NCBI GenBank assembly: GCA_034189125.1
Contig: JAXHVB010000018.1
Location: 775-64,774, forward strand
Length of the DNA stretch: 64,000 bases
Reading direction: 5' to 3'
Source: Pseudomonadota bacterium
GTDB lineage: Bacteria; Pseudomonadota; Gammaproteobacteria; Pseudomonadales; UBA5862
The notes under the pieces were generated by a model that saw nothing but the letters and a program-made list of their open reading frames with translations, had not been told where the DNA came from and made no database searches. Numbering within the stretch: position 1 is the first letter of the stretch; the number at the start of each line of letters is the position of its first letter. Made by a program: the position numbers and the translations under genes. This document shows positions 40,001 through 49,471 of the stretch, piece after piece.

Positions 40001-40770
40001 GGTTGCCGGTGTCCGAGCCGGACAGCGAGGCGCTGGGTGAGGTAGCGCGCGCGGGCACGGCGGCTGCCATCATTGGTCCCGAGCGCCACTTTGTGCAGCA
40101 AGGCCGCTGGGCTGTCGGTTCCGAACACATCCAGTCGACGCAGCAAAAAGGGGTCGTCCCCTTGTTGATTGAACCCGCTGCGGGTGGTGAATGCGGCCGA
40201 ATAGCCGGCTTGGCGCGCTGCCTCGACGACGGCCGGACTGTGTTGTCCGTAGGGGTATGCAAGGAGCCGCGAGTCGAGCTCCAGCTCGTCGAGTGCTGCG
40301 CGACACACCTGCAACTCGTGCTGCAGCGCATGCGCCGGAAGGGTGGATAGGTCTGGGTGGGTGTGGCTGTGGGCATGGAATGAAAACCCCGAGCGCCCGA
40401 GCGCCTGTATGGCGGCAGGATCCAACAGCGGATGTGCGGGGGTGCTCCAGTCACTGGTGCCGCCGAGCTTGCCGGTCACCAGAAACACAGCAGCAGGCCA
40501 CTTGAGCGCGGCCAAGGTTGGGGCGGCGCAGTCCACGAGGTCGGCGTAGCCATCGTCAAAGGTGACCAACACTGAGCCCTCGGGCATGGTTCGGTGGCCC
40601 AGCAGCCAGTCCAGCGCGTCGGCGGCGCTGATGCCACGGTAGCCGGCAGAGGCCAACAGGCGCAGCTGGGCGGAGAAGCGCTCAGTGGCCACTGATTTTC
40701 CAGAGGATTCCCGCGCATGGGGTGGGCCAACGCGGTGGTACATCAGCACGGGAAGGCGCGTTGCGTTCAT
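39997..40770 (-). CDS. Polysaccharide deacetylase family protein
   Basis: LPVLMYHRVG, VLVTFDDGYADL, FSFHAHSHTHPDL, LAYPYGQ. Confidence 0.92.
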   Translation of the reverse strand: MNATRLPVLMYHRVGPPHARESSGKSVATERFSAQLRLLASAGYRGISAADALDWLLGHRTMPEGSVLVTFDDGYADLVDCAAPTLAALKWPAAVFLVTGKLGGTSDWSTPAHPLLDPAAIQALGRSGFSFHAHSHTHPDLSTLPAHALQHELQVCRAALDELELDSRLLAYPYGQHSPAVVEAARQAGYSAAFTTRSGFNQQGDDPFLLRRLDVFGTDSPAALLHKVALGTNDGSRRARARYLTQRLAVRLGHRQP

Positions 40771-41747
40771 GGTGACTGGTCTTGCAATGGCTTGCGCTCG
40801 GCGACTCGCACCAGGCGTTCGAACCAGCGCAAAGGCAAGAGCGCAGGGATCAGATAGCGCAGGTCTCTGGGCCCGGCGATCCCTGTGCTTAAGGTTTTTC
40901 GAAACAAAATCTGGGCGTCTTCGAACTGGCGTTGCCAGTAGGCTTTGTACGCCTCCCGCAGCAGATACCCATCGGTGAGGGCACGCAACCGCTTGCGGTC
41001 CAGATGGGCCACGGTGGCCGGATGGGTCGCAACAAATTGTTTGCGCACCTGCCAGGCATCAATCACCTGGCGCCATTTGGTTTTTGAGATCTGACCGCTC
41101 GAATGCCAGCGGTAGAACGCCAGGACTTCCGGGACCCGTGTCAGCCGTTGGGTGTGGGCGAAGACCTTGAGCCAGAACTGGTAGTCCATGGCAGAAAATC
41201 GGTCAGTGGAGAACCCGCCGACGGCCTGCAGGGTTTCTGTTCGCACCAAGGCAGCGTGGATCGGCCAGGGGCAGGTGCGAAGAAACTCCGCCGCGGTGTC
41301 CATTGCAAGGTAGTCCGGCGGGATGAATGGCGCCTGGCCTGGCGCGTCATCGCCAATGTTCTGCCAGCCACAGTACGCAAGGTCCGCAGAAGCGTCATCC
41401 AGAGCCGAGTTCAGGCGCGCCAGGCATTGGGGTGCCCAGAGGTCATCGGCGTCGAGGAAAGCGATGCGCGTTCCCCGGGCCGTCGCGATGCCACGGTTGC
41501 GCGCGGGGTAAGGTCCTTGGTTGGTTTGGGTCAGCAGGTGAATGTCGATCTCTGACCTGGCGGCCTTGGCCTGGACCCGTGCCCGGGTGTCGTCGCTGGA
41601 ACCGTCGTCAATGACCACCAATTCCAGCGGGCGGTGGGTTTGGCGGACCACCGAATCGATGGCCGGATCAATGTGGTCCGCGCTGTTGTAGGCGGGCATG
41701 ATGACGCTGATCAGGTCGTTGGCGGGCAAAACGCTGTGAGGCTCCAC
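40767..41747 (-). CDS. Glycosyltransferase family 2 protein
   Basis: ISVIMPAYNSADHIDPAIDSVVRQTHRPLELVVIDDGSSDDT; RIAFLDADDLWAPQCL; GTG start. Confidence 0.92.
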   Translation of the reverse strand: MEPHSVLPANDLISVIMPAYNSADHIDPAIDSVVRQTHRPLELVVIDDGSSDDTRARVQAKAARSEIDIHLLTQTNQGPYPARNRGIATARGTRIAFLDADDLWAPQCLARLNSALDDASADLAYCGWQNIGDDAPGQAPFIPPDYLAMDTAAEFLRTCPWPIHAALVRTETLQAVGGFSTDRFSAMDYQFWLKVFAHTQRLTRVPEVLAFYRWHSSGQISKTKWRQVIDAWQVRKQFVATHPATVAHLDRKRLRALTDGYLLREAYKAYWQRQFEDAQILFRKTLSTGIAGPRDLRYLIPALLPLRWFERLVRVAERKPLQDQSP

Positions 41748-41847
41748 TCGGTCCGTTGCACCGCCTGTTGGCGGTGGATCGCGGGGTCGATCGATGCTTG
41801 GGTGCGGGCGCGATTTTCCCCCTCAGTGTAGCAGGCGGTCCGGGACA

Positions 41848-43026
41848 TCATTCGCCCTTCGATGGGGCCAGCAAGGCCGCGTAAATCTGCAGGCACCGCT
41901 GCGCCACCGCGTCCCAGGGAAACCTCCGTGCGTGGGCGCGGCAACGTGCGGGGTCGAAGTGCAGTTCGGCGCTCAGAAACTGGCGCAGTGCGCCGGTGAT
42001 GCTGGGTTCATCCGGTGTGTCGACGAAATACCCACTGACGCCCTCGTCGACCGCCTCAACCGCACCCGCAAGGCGTGCGGCGAGCACCGGAACCCCACAG
42101 GCATTGGCCTCCAGGTAGACAATACCGAATCCCTCGTGGCTGCCGGGCACCACGGAGGAACAGAGGATGAACAGGTCACTGGATCGCAACTCGCGGTGCA
42201 GTGCGGCGTCGCTGAGTCGGCCCAGAAATTCCACCTGTCTCGTTAGGCCAAGCTGCGCGGTCAGCTGTTCGAGCGCGCTCCTTTGGTAGCCGTCTCCGAT
42301 GATGCGGTACTGAAACGCTTGTGTGTCCTTCAATCGGGCAAGCGCGCGCAGCACAACGTCGAGGTTTTTGCGGGGTTCGGACAGGCGACTTACAGTGACC
42401 AGTTGCGCAGGCTGGCTGGTCTCGCGGGGGCGTGCGATTGGGTCGAGAAAAAAGCGCTCGGCCACACCGACATGGGCCACATGCAGGCGTTCGGCACATT
42501 CGGGATGGCGCTCCACCAAGGCGTTGGCGGTGTAGTGGCTGTTGGCGACCAGCGCCTGCAGGCCGCCGAGTTCATGGCGCAGCAGGCGTGGCGCGATCCA
42601 CCTGCGCCCCAGCTCACGGCGCAGTGGCTGCAGGCGGTCCGACAACCGCCACAGCCCCGGCACTTGCACGGGCATTGCCGCCCGCAGCCCATAGGGGCGC
42701 AAGAAATCGTTGCCGTGTACCGATGCCACCACCGGGCGCGTGCTGCTGTGGGCGAGGGCGCCGTACACGGCATTCATGGCGTGCCACAGGTCAACAGGCT
42801 GGCGCTGGATGATGTCCAGGTCGTGGCGCCAATCGAGGTTGAGCAGCGGGTGCACCCGCGCTCCAGGCACCTCGGCGCCAGCATGGGTGCGGCAAAAGAT
42901 GTCGAGTTCAATGTCATGCCCTGCAAGGGCCCGGCACAGTTCGAACGCATAGGTTTCCACGCCGCCGAGGTCGGGGGGGAACTCGGGTGCCAGCACCCCG
43001 AGGTGGAGCGGCTTGGTCACTGCCAA
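41848..43026 (-). CDS. Glycosyltransferase family 4 protein
   Basis: VLAPEFPPDLGGVETYAFELCRALAGH; VTVSRLSEPRKNLDVVLRALA; EGFGIVYLEANACGVPVLAARLAGAVEAV. Confidence 0.93.
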   Translation of the reverse strand: MAVTKPLHLGVLAPEFPPDLGGVETYAFELCRALAGHDIELDIFCRTHAGAEVPGARVHPLLNLDWRHDLDIIQRQPVDLWHAMNAVYGALAHSSTRPVVASVHGNDFLRPYGLRAAMPVQVPGLWRLSDRLQPLRRELGRRWIAPRLLRHELGGLQALVANSHYTANALVERHPECAERLHVAHVGVAERFFLDPIARPRETSQPAQLVTVSRLSEPRKNLDVVLRALARLKDTQAFQYRIIGDGYQRSALEQLTAQLGLTRQVEFLGRLSDAALHRELRSSDLFILCSSVVPGSHEGFGIVYLEANACGVPVLAARLAGAVEAVDEGVSGYFVDTPDEPSITGALRQFLSAELHFDPARCRAHARRFPWDAVAQRCLQIYAALLAPSKGE

Positions 43027-44930
43027 GTCTCCAGGCGGCGCAGCGCAATCCAGCCGTTCCCATTGTGCGCCGTTGAGGCGTCAAGGTGGCTGGTGTAGCC
43101 CGGCACCTGGGGTGTGGCGTTTTCGGAGCTCGCGGCCGGCTCGAGGGCCACCAGCACCAGTTCTTCCCCGGTCCCAACGGGAACCACAAGCCAATCGGCT
43201 GGGCCAGCAATGGCAGCAGCGGATCGGTGGCGTCCGCCACCGGCTTCGGCATTGCCACCAAGAACGGAGGGCGGCAGACCGATTCCGGATTGGTGAAGCA
43301 TGCGCAGGGCATCGGCCAATGCTGAGCGCAGTGCTGGGTCGGGGTCCTGGCCACACAGGTGAAACAGGGTTTCCGCCCAGAACACCAGCGCGTAGGCTTT
43401 TTTGGGCTGCTCGCGCCAGTGTTCCAGCAGCCCGCTCGTTTGGGTGAATGCGATGCCTTGTTCTAGGGCTTCATCAACGCCTGGGCAATGGCTCCACGGG
43501 CGCAGGCGAGCGAGGTCCATCAGGTTGATGGACTGATAGGCGTCAGCAGTCCCCTGGATGGACAGCGCACGGTCAATGTATCCGTTGGGCATGACCAGGC
43601 GTGGCCAACGCGACTTGAGGCGGTGCAGCCTCGGGGCCAGGTACTTCCAGCCGAATCGTTTGATGGCGCGCATGGGGAGCGGCAGCGCGGCGGCAGTGTG
43701 CTCAGGCTGCATGTCCAGCCCCAGTATCCAGCTCACCAGGCGGTACAAAGGTTCCATGGGGCGGGCTTGCAGCACCGCTTGCAAGGCGCGTTCGGCGGAT
43801 GCGATCACAGCCGCGTGGGCCGAGTCTCCAGTGATTGCCTGATGGCGCAGCAGGGCAATGAGGGTGTCGATCTGGGTGTTCAGCACCAGCATGTTGCCAG
43901 GCTGCTTGCCGAGCGCGGTGCTGGAGGTCCACTTGAATGGACTCTTGGCCATGGCCTCTGCGCTTTGCTCAAGGCTGTCATGCAGGAACCAGACTCCCGC
44001 GTCAATGGTGCTGCGCTCGCCGACGATGAAGGCAACCGCACGCTGCAGTGCTGGCAACAGTGTGTTGTCCTGCTCCAGGGTCCAGTGGTCGAGAAGGCAA
44101 TGGATGGCGCTGCAGTGCAGGCGGTAGTGGCACTCCAGTTCGTCGGTCCAGAATCCGTGGTACCAACCGCCGTCAGGGCTTTGCCGATCAAGGATGGAGA
44201 GCACCATCTGGTGGCGTAGAAGCGCCGCGCAGGGGCTGTCGGCGAGTTCCCAACCGCGGGCGATTACATAGAGCGCATGGGCATCGTTCTCCGAGCAAAT
44301 GCGTCGGTAGTTCGGCCAGGAGCGCCGGTTTTCGTAGACGTGCCCATGCACCCAGTGCAGGTAGAAGTCCTGCGGGCTCTGTACCCGCTGGTGCGAGCCC
44401 CAGGGGTGCAGCGCCAGAGCAGCGGCTTCTCTGATGGCCAGCCAGGACTGCAGGTCCTCAATGCCATCCAGCACCCAGTAGACCAGGTCCAGGCAGTGCG
44501 ATCCCGGCAAGTGGAACCGAAGGCGGTGGGCGTCGTCATGGGTATGCCAACCGGACAGGGTGGCGTTGGATTCGATCTCGATCTGGCCCTTGTCGTCGAT
44601 GCGCCGCTGTTGGGGAACGCAGGGAATCCAAAGCGGGGCAGCGTGGCCTCGTTGATCCACCAGCAGCCAGCTTCCGTCGGCTTGCTGGGTCGCGGCCATT
44701 GCCTCTGGAAGACAGACATCTACGGATGCGTCATGGCTGGTGGTTGAGATGCGCAGTGACCAGACAGTTGCCGCAGTTCCACTGAAGCGATCGCACAGCC
44801 AGCTCAACTCAAGGCCGTCTTGCTGTTCGGACCAGCGGTGGCGCTGCGCTGCAGCGGTTTCGGTGGTTGGCTCCCCAGCGGTTGGCGGCAGCTGTGTTGG
44901 AGGTCGAATGTGGATGGTTGCTTCGGCCAT
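43017..44930 (-). CDS. Uncharacterised protein, probable alpha/alpha-toroid (lyase/epimerase-like fold)
   Basis: ATG at 44930 gives 637 aa (MAEATIHIRP...); helix-rich repeats with YLHWVHGHVYENRRSWPNYRRICSENDAHALYVIARGWELA and SPDGGWYHGFWTDELECHYRLHCSAIHCLLDH. Confidence 0.5.
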   Translation of the reverse strand: MAEATIHIRPPTQLPPTAGEPTTETAAAQRHRWSEQQDGLELSWLCDRFSGTAATVWSLRISTTSHDASVDVCLPEAMAATQQADGSWLLVDQRGHAAPLWIPCVPQQRRIDDKGQIEIESNATLSGWHTHDDAHRLRFHLPGSHCLDLVYWVLDGIEDLQSWLAIREAAALALHPWGSHQRVQSPQDFYLHWVHGHVYENRRSWPNYRRICSENDAHALYVIARGWELADSPCAALLRHQMVLSILDRQSPDGGWYHGFWTDELECHYRLHCSAIHCLLDHWTLEQDNTLLPALQRAVAFIVGERSTIDAGVWFLHDSLEQSAEAMAKSPFKWTSSTALGKQPGNMLVLNTQIDTLIALLRHQAITGDSAHAAVIASAERALQAVLQARPMEPLYRLVSWILGLDMQPEHTAAALPLPMRAIKRFGWKYLAPRLHRLKSRWPRLVMPNGYIDRALSIQGTADAYQSINLMDLARLRPWSHCPGVDEALEQGIAFTQTSGLLEHWREQPKKAYALVFWAETLFHLCGQDPDPALRSALADALRMLHQSGIGLPPSVLGGNAEAGGGRHRSAAAIAGPADWLVVPVGTGEELVLVALEPAASSENATPQVPGYTSHLDASTAHNGNGWIALRRLETWQ

Positions 44931-44938
44931 TCTCGGGG

Positions 44939-45946
44939 TCAGCGCATGCGAATGGATGGGGGGCAATCGCCGAAGCGGCGGAACAGGTAGTCGCGGGTCG
45001 CCTGGCGCAAGGCGCGTTGGCGTGGCGACTTCCACAGCAGGATGGCGTCCTTCAGTGCCCAGTAAACGCGGCGCACCGGACCGGTGCCCGGGGAGCTTGT
45101 CCAGGCGACCTTTGGCACCAGGCGGCGCAGGGCGGCGAACACCAGTGTGAGCCATTCGCGCCTGGGCAGATGTCGTTCGGCGAACAGCAGTTGGTTGCGG
45201 GCGCTGAAATAGGCGCGCAGAGGGGAGTCTTCGCCCCCGAAAGTGGCGGCTACTTTGTGTCGCACGAATGCGGCAGTGCACACCCGGCTGTTGTAACCTG
45301 CCCGGCGCGCACGCAGGCACCAGTCGGACTCCTCCCACACCAGAAAAAATCGCTCTTCAAACAAGCCAATCTCGCGCAGTGCGTCGGCGCGCAGCAGAAT
45401 CGCCGCCCCTGTGACCCAATCACAGTCGATCCAAGGTGTGGATGGGAGCGCACTGCGAGGGGCACCTTCCAGGTGGTGGACGCAGTTGAGCAGCCCCGGG
45501 CCGAAGCGTTCACCGGCCGTGCTGATGAGGTCCGGTTCGTGCGCTGAGCAGATCACAGGGCCAATGGCTGCAGTTTTTGGATCCTGTGCTGCAGTTTCCA
45601 GCAAAGCATTGAACAGACCGGGCTCCGCTTCCGTGTCGTTGTTGAGCACAAACACGTACTCTGCGCCGGTGTCTAGAGCGCGCTTGATGCCGACGTTGTT
45701 GCCGCCGGCATAGCCGAGATTGCGCCTGGTCTCGATCACTTCAACCTGCGGATAGCGGGCTCGAATCTCGGCCACCGAGTCATCTGTTGACCCGTTGTCA
45801 ACCACCAGGACGGAGGGCTGCTCAGGACAGGCTGCAGTGAGGGAGTTGAGGCACCGCAGTGTGTCTGCGCACCCATTCCAGTTCAGCACCACAGTCACCA
45901 CAGTCGGGTCGGGTGGCGCAGTAGACTCAGGGTTGGGATGGGTCAT
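44939..45946 (-). CDS. Glycosyltransferase family 2 protein (rhamnosyltransferase-like)
   Basis: TVVLNWNGCADTLRCLNSLTAACPEQPSVLVVDNGSTDDSV; LGYAGGNNVGIKRAL; EYVFVLNNDTEAEP. Confidence 0.92.
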   Translation of the reverse strand: MTHPNPESTAPPDPTVVTVVLNWNGCADTLRCLNSLTAACPEQPSVLVVDNGSTDDSVAEIRARYPQVEVIETRRNLGYAGGNNVGIKRALDTGAEYVFVLNNDTEAEPGLFNALLETAAQDPKTAAIGPVICSAHEPDLISTAGERFGPGLLNCVHHLEGAPRSALPSTPWIDCDWVTGAAILLRADALREIGLFEERFFLVWEESDWCLRARRAGYNSRVCTAAFVRHKVAATFGGEDSPLRAYFSARNQLLFAERHLPRREWLTLVFAALRRLVPKVAWTSSPGTGPVRRVYWALKDAILLWKSPRQRALRQATRDYLFRRFGDCPPSIRMR

Positions 45947-47157
45947 GGCAGCAGGCGCCCGAGGCGTTCGCGCAGGCGCCAATACAGCGCCTTGAACGGG
46001 CTCGCACCGGTGTGTGGGTCTGAGAGGTCCGTGCGTTGCGGGTGCTTGAGCGCGTGGGCGGTTGCCTCAAGGTACGCGCGCCCCCAGCGTTGGTCGGGCT
46101 CAAGGTAGGCACCCTCGGCCCATTCGTTCCAGGCGTTGATGAACAGCAGGCGTTCGTCGCCCCGGAATTCATCCAGTGTGCGGGCGGCCATGTGTTGCAG
46201 CCAGCGCTGATATTCAGATGGCGTAGAGTTGACCAGGATTCGCGCATTGCGCTTGCGCCGGGCGCTGTTGTCCCAGGCCGGGGTTACGCAGTGGAACCGC
46301 TTGAACGCAGGGGCTGGTCGCTGCATTTTGCCAGCGGCGACCGCTGGGTACGCGAACACGTCGTTTTCCATTGGTGCGGCTGAGATCAACCGCAGTCGGG
46401 CGAGCAACCGATGCAGGCGACTGCGGTAGAGCTTGGCACCCATCTCGCGCCCATCGGGTGCAAACTCGAGTGCTGCGTCGAACCCCACGGATGTGGGATC
46501 CACGTCACGTTCGAAATTTTCCACCCGCACCAGGTACAAACCGGGCAGGCCCGCGGCCTGGGCGGCCTCGCGCCAGATCCGCGCGGTCGACGCTGGATCC
46601 GGAAGCAGTTCCGTGCGGTAGACCAGCAGCAGGGGCTTGCCATCGACTCGAATGTAGCGGGGATCCTGAAGCGCGGGGAGCAAGGCAGCGATGTGTGCAC
46701 GGTCGTCAGCCTCGCTGTAGTGTTGCTCCAGCAACACGTCACGGTCCCCTCCGCTCCAAGTGCGGGTCCAGTTCTCGTTGGCCCAGCACAGGCAAAAGGG
46801 AAAGTCAGGCTCACCGCTTTCCAGGACTTCGTTGAAAGGTCGCTCCAAAATTCGCCGACCATTGAACCAATAGTGGTAGTAGCAGAACCCGTGGATGCCG
46901 TACTCGCGGGCAAGTGCTGCCTGGGCGGCGCGGGTTTCTGGCAGGCGCAGGTCGTAGAACCCGAGGTCTGCGGGCAGCCGAGGCTGGTCGTGGTTGCGAA
47001 ACCTCGGCAAAGAACGGGTGACATTGGTCCATTCCGTAAATCCCTGTCCCCACCAGCGGTTGTTTTCCGCCACCGGATGAAACTGCGGCAACAGCAAGGC
47101 CAGGGCCCGAATCTCGTTGCGAGCGTTTGGTTTCGATTGCGTGGGGGGATGAGTCAA
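45943..47157 (-). CDS. WbsX-like glycosyltransferase / GH99-like domain protein
   Basis: ALLLPQFHPVAENNRWWGQGFTEWTNVTRSLPRF, FCYYHYWFNGRRILERPFNEVLESGEPDFPFCLCWANENWTRTW, FINAWNEWAEGAYLEPD. Confidence 0.92.
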   Translation of the reverse strand: MTHPPTQSKPNARNEIRALALLLPQFHPVAENNRWWGQGFTEWTNVTRSLPRFRNHDQPRLPADLGFYDLRLPETRAAQAALAREYGIHGFCYYHYWFNGRRILERPFNEVLESGEPDFPFCLCWANENWTRTWSGGDRDVLLEQHYSEADDRAHIAALLPALQDPRYIRVDGKPLLLVYRTELLPDPASTARIWREAAQAAGLPGLYLVRVENFERDVDPTSVGFDAALEFAPDGREMGAKLYRSRLHRLLARLRLISAAPMENDVFAYPAVAAGKMQRPAPAFKRFHCVTPAWDNSARRKRNARILVNSTPSEYQRWLQHMAARTLDEFRGDERLLFINAWNEWAEGAYLEPDQRWGRAYLEATAHALKHPQRTDLSDPHTGASPFKALYWRLRERLGRLLP

Positions 47158-48116
47158 AACCAGGACTTCCGCTGTTTTGCAAATCGCGCCGCCGCCAGGG
47201 CAACGGGGTCAATCGGTGAGTCGGTATGCAGGGCAACCACGTCATAGTGCCAGTTGCTGTCGTGCGCATCTGAGAGGCACAGCTGCGCGAGCTGCTCCAC
47301 CGCAGGGGCGTCATAGCCTGTCATGGGGTGGCTGAAGTCGCCGTACTTTGAGAACCAGAGAAAACGGTCATAGCCAAGTGCAGTGAGCAGTTCGAAGTGC
47401 TCCGTCCAAGAGTTTTCAGTCTGTTTGCAGAAAAAGGGATCCCACTCGAAGATTACTGCAGGATGCCAGGTCTTGAGCAGCTTGCGGCTACCGCCAAGTA
47501 CCTTGCCGTCAAACCCGTCGACGTCGACCTTAAGTATGTCGACCTGTCCGGTGTTTTCAGGCGATACGATCAGGTCCAAGGGCACCGCGTCTTCCGTCGC
47601 TTGCCCCTGGGCACTGGCGGTGCCCGGATGCGTACGCACCAGCGAGGGCACTTGACCGCTTCCGTCCGAAAGCATGTGCTGCACCAAGCGGACCCGAGGG
47701 TCGCCCGCTAGGTTCGCGCTCAGGTAGGCGAAAAACCCTGGATCGCCCTCGACACAGACAAATCCGGCGACCTTGTCGCCGCAGTTTGCCTGCAGCAGCC
47801 TCACGGTGTCGCCGACACTTGCGCCCACATCCACCAGGTGCACGGGTCGTTGGTGGGCCACATGGGCCTGATGGGTCAGCTCGACCAGGGGGTTGTTCCA
47901 GCGCGAAAAACGCCGAGCGTACAGTCCATAGCTGTGGCCGAAATTCACCAGTGTGCGTTGTCCGTGCATGTTGGTGGAAACCGTGGTGCCGTCGAACCGT
48001 GCGAGTCCCTGGTGCCACGCCCAGCGCCAGATGCGTCCGCGCACCGGGTGCTGTTGCCATTGATGTCGCTGCAGGCACTGGTTGTACAGCAGCGAAGCCC
48101 ATTTGTGATCGTGCAT
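47154..48116 (-). CDS. FkbM family methyltransferase
   Basis: HLVDVGASVGDTVRLLQ SAM-binding; FVCVEGDPGFFAYLSANL; VDILKVDVDGFDGKVLGG. Confidence 0.85.
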   Translation of the reverse strand: MHDHKWASLLYNQCLQRHQWQQHPVRGRIWRWAWHQGLARFDGTTVSTNMHGQRTLVNFGHSYGLYARRFSRWNNPLVELTHQAHVAHQRPVHLVDVGASVGDTVRLLQANCGDKVAGFVCVEGDPGFFAYLSANLAGDPRVRLVQHMLSDGSGQVPSLVRTHPGTASAQGQATEDAVPLDLIVSPENTGQVDILKVDVDGFDGKVLGGSRKLLKTWHPAVIFEWDPFFCKQTENSWTEHFELLTALGYDRFLWFSKYGDFSHPMTGYDAPAVEQLAQLCLSDAHDSNWHYDVVALHTDSPIDPVALAAARFAKQRKSWF

Positions 48117-48130
48117 GACAGTCCGATGGA

Positions 48131-49468
48131 TTACTGGTGAGTACGCAGGCGCCAGAGGAGCTGGCGGTCCAGGCGTTGGCGAAGGCCGCGAACGGCGTAG
48201 CGCACTGGGCCCTGGCGAAAACGCACATAGGCTTCGCGCACCTGCGAGATGGCCTCTGGAGAGAGTTTTGCGGGTTGGCCACGAAACTCGTGTTCGGCCC
48301 AAAGGGCCGCGAGTTCGTCCACGAAGCGCGCCTGCTCGGCGCGCTCAAGGTAACTGCGGGCCTGCTGTTTTGCCCGGGCGCCGAGCGCTTCACGCAGGGC
48401 TCGGTTGGCGCCGAGCCGCAGCATCCAGGTCGCGGCGTGTTCGATGTCGGGTGCGGCCCAGGTGGCATTGCGCCCGGCGAAGTCCGGCGTGTAGCAGTCA
48501 AGTTCACCGTCCACGGTGCGGTGTCTGTAGGTCACCAGTGCGGCGCTTTGGTGGTCCATAAAGGAAAGGTTTCCGGACCAACCGGTGGCGATCACGGGTT
48601 TGCCGAGCGCCATGGCTTCAAGCATGCCAAGCCCGAGACCCTCCGCACTGTGCAGTGACACGAAGACATCGCAGTTGGCGTAGAGCGCCAGCACCTCGGG
48701 GTAGGGCAGGCGCGCGTCGACCAAGTGGACACCTGGCGCCTGGTTGCACCGGTCGATGACCTGTTGCGCCAGTGGGTGCACCTGTCCGTTGTGGCGGCTG
48801 TTGTTCAGCTTGACGACCAGGTTGGCTTCAAGCCCCTGCTCGCGGGCGCGCTCGAAGGCGTGGATGGCAGCGAAGGGGTTTTTCCTCCGAGGGTCGCTGG
48901 TCGGCTCCACGATGGTGACAAGCAGGGGGGTCTGCTCAGGCAATCCGAAATCGGCGCGGCGAACCGACGCTGCGGGCTCAACCTGCAGCGGGTGGGGGGC
49001 GTACACAACCGGCACCTGGTCCAGGTGGTTGCGCAAACTGCTCTCGATGAACCTTGACCCCGCAATGAGCGCATCGAACGTCTGCAGCGCGAGACGCCAG
49101 TGCCTCGGGATTTCATCCAGTTCCCACCAAAAAAATCCAACGTTGTAGCGGCTTTCGAACAGTGCTCGGTGCTCAAAGAGCAGTTCTGGTAGGGCGTTGA
49201 CGGGGAGAATGGCGAGGTTGATGGGGTGCGGCAGTTTATTTGCGTCCTCGCACAGCAAGTCGGCGTACTCGGTGTCGTGTCCGCCGCGGCCGAACCCCGG
49301 GTTCATGTCGTAGGCAGATACGGGGATCCCCCGGCTTTTCAGCACCCGGATGAAGTTTCGCGCCGTGACCCCCATTCCGGCGTTGGCGGTAACCATGCCG
49401 ATGAGATTCACCCCGGGGAGTCGCGGTTCGCTTGGGTTTGGGGTCAGCGGCGGATTCGCAGGGGCCAC
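48131..49468 (-). CDS. Glycosyltransferase family 4 protein
   Basis: GVNLIGMVTANAGMGVTARNFIRVLKSRGIP; SLHSAEGLGLGMLEAMALGKPVIATGWSGN. Confidence 0.9.
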   Translation of the reverse strand: MAPANPPLTPNPSEPRLPGVNLIGMVTANAGMGVTARNFIRVLKSRGIPVSAYDMNPGFGRGGHDTEYADLLCEDANKLPHPINLAILPVNALPELLFEHRALFESRYNVGFFWWELDEIPRHWRLALQTFDALIAGSRFIESSLRNHLDQVPVVYAPHPLQVEPAASVRRADFGLPEQTPLLVTIVEPTSDPRRKNPFAAIHAFERAREQGLEANLVVKLNNSRHNGQVHPLAQQVIDRCNQAPGVHLVDARLPYPEVLALYANCDVFVSLHSAEGLGLGMLEAMALGKPVIATGWSGNLSFMDHQSAALVTYRHRTVDGELDCYTPDFAGRNATWAAPDIEHAATWMLRLGANRALREALGARAKQQARSYLERAEQARFVDELAALWAEHEFRGQPAKLSPEAISQVREAYVRFRQGPVRYAVRGLRQRLDRQLLWRLRTHQ

Positions 49469-49471
49469 CGG

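Noticed and set aside
38582-40045. 487-aa + strand ORF
   Set aside because: Antisense to sulfotransferase and GT2 genes; no coherent domain signal.
47154-48302. Full-length track ORF for the FkbM protein
   Set aside because: The N-terminal 62 aa overlap the adjacent glycosyltransferase gene (48131-49468) and look non-native; start at 48116 preferred.
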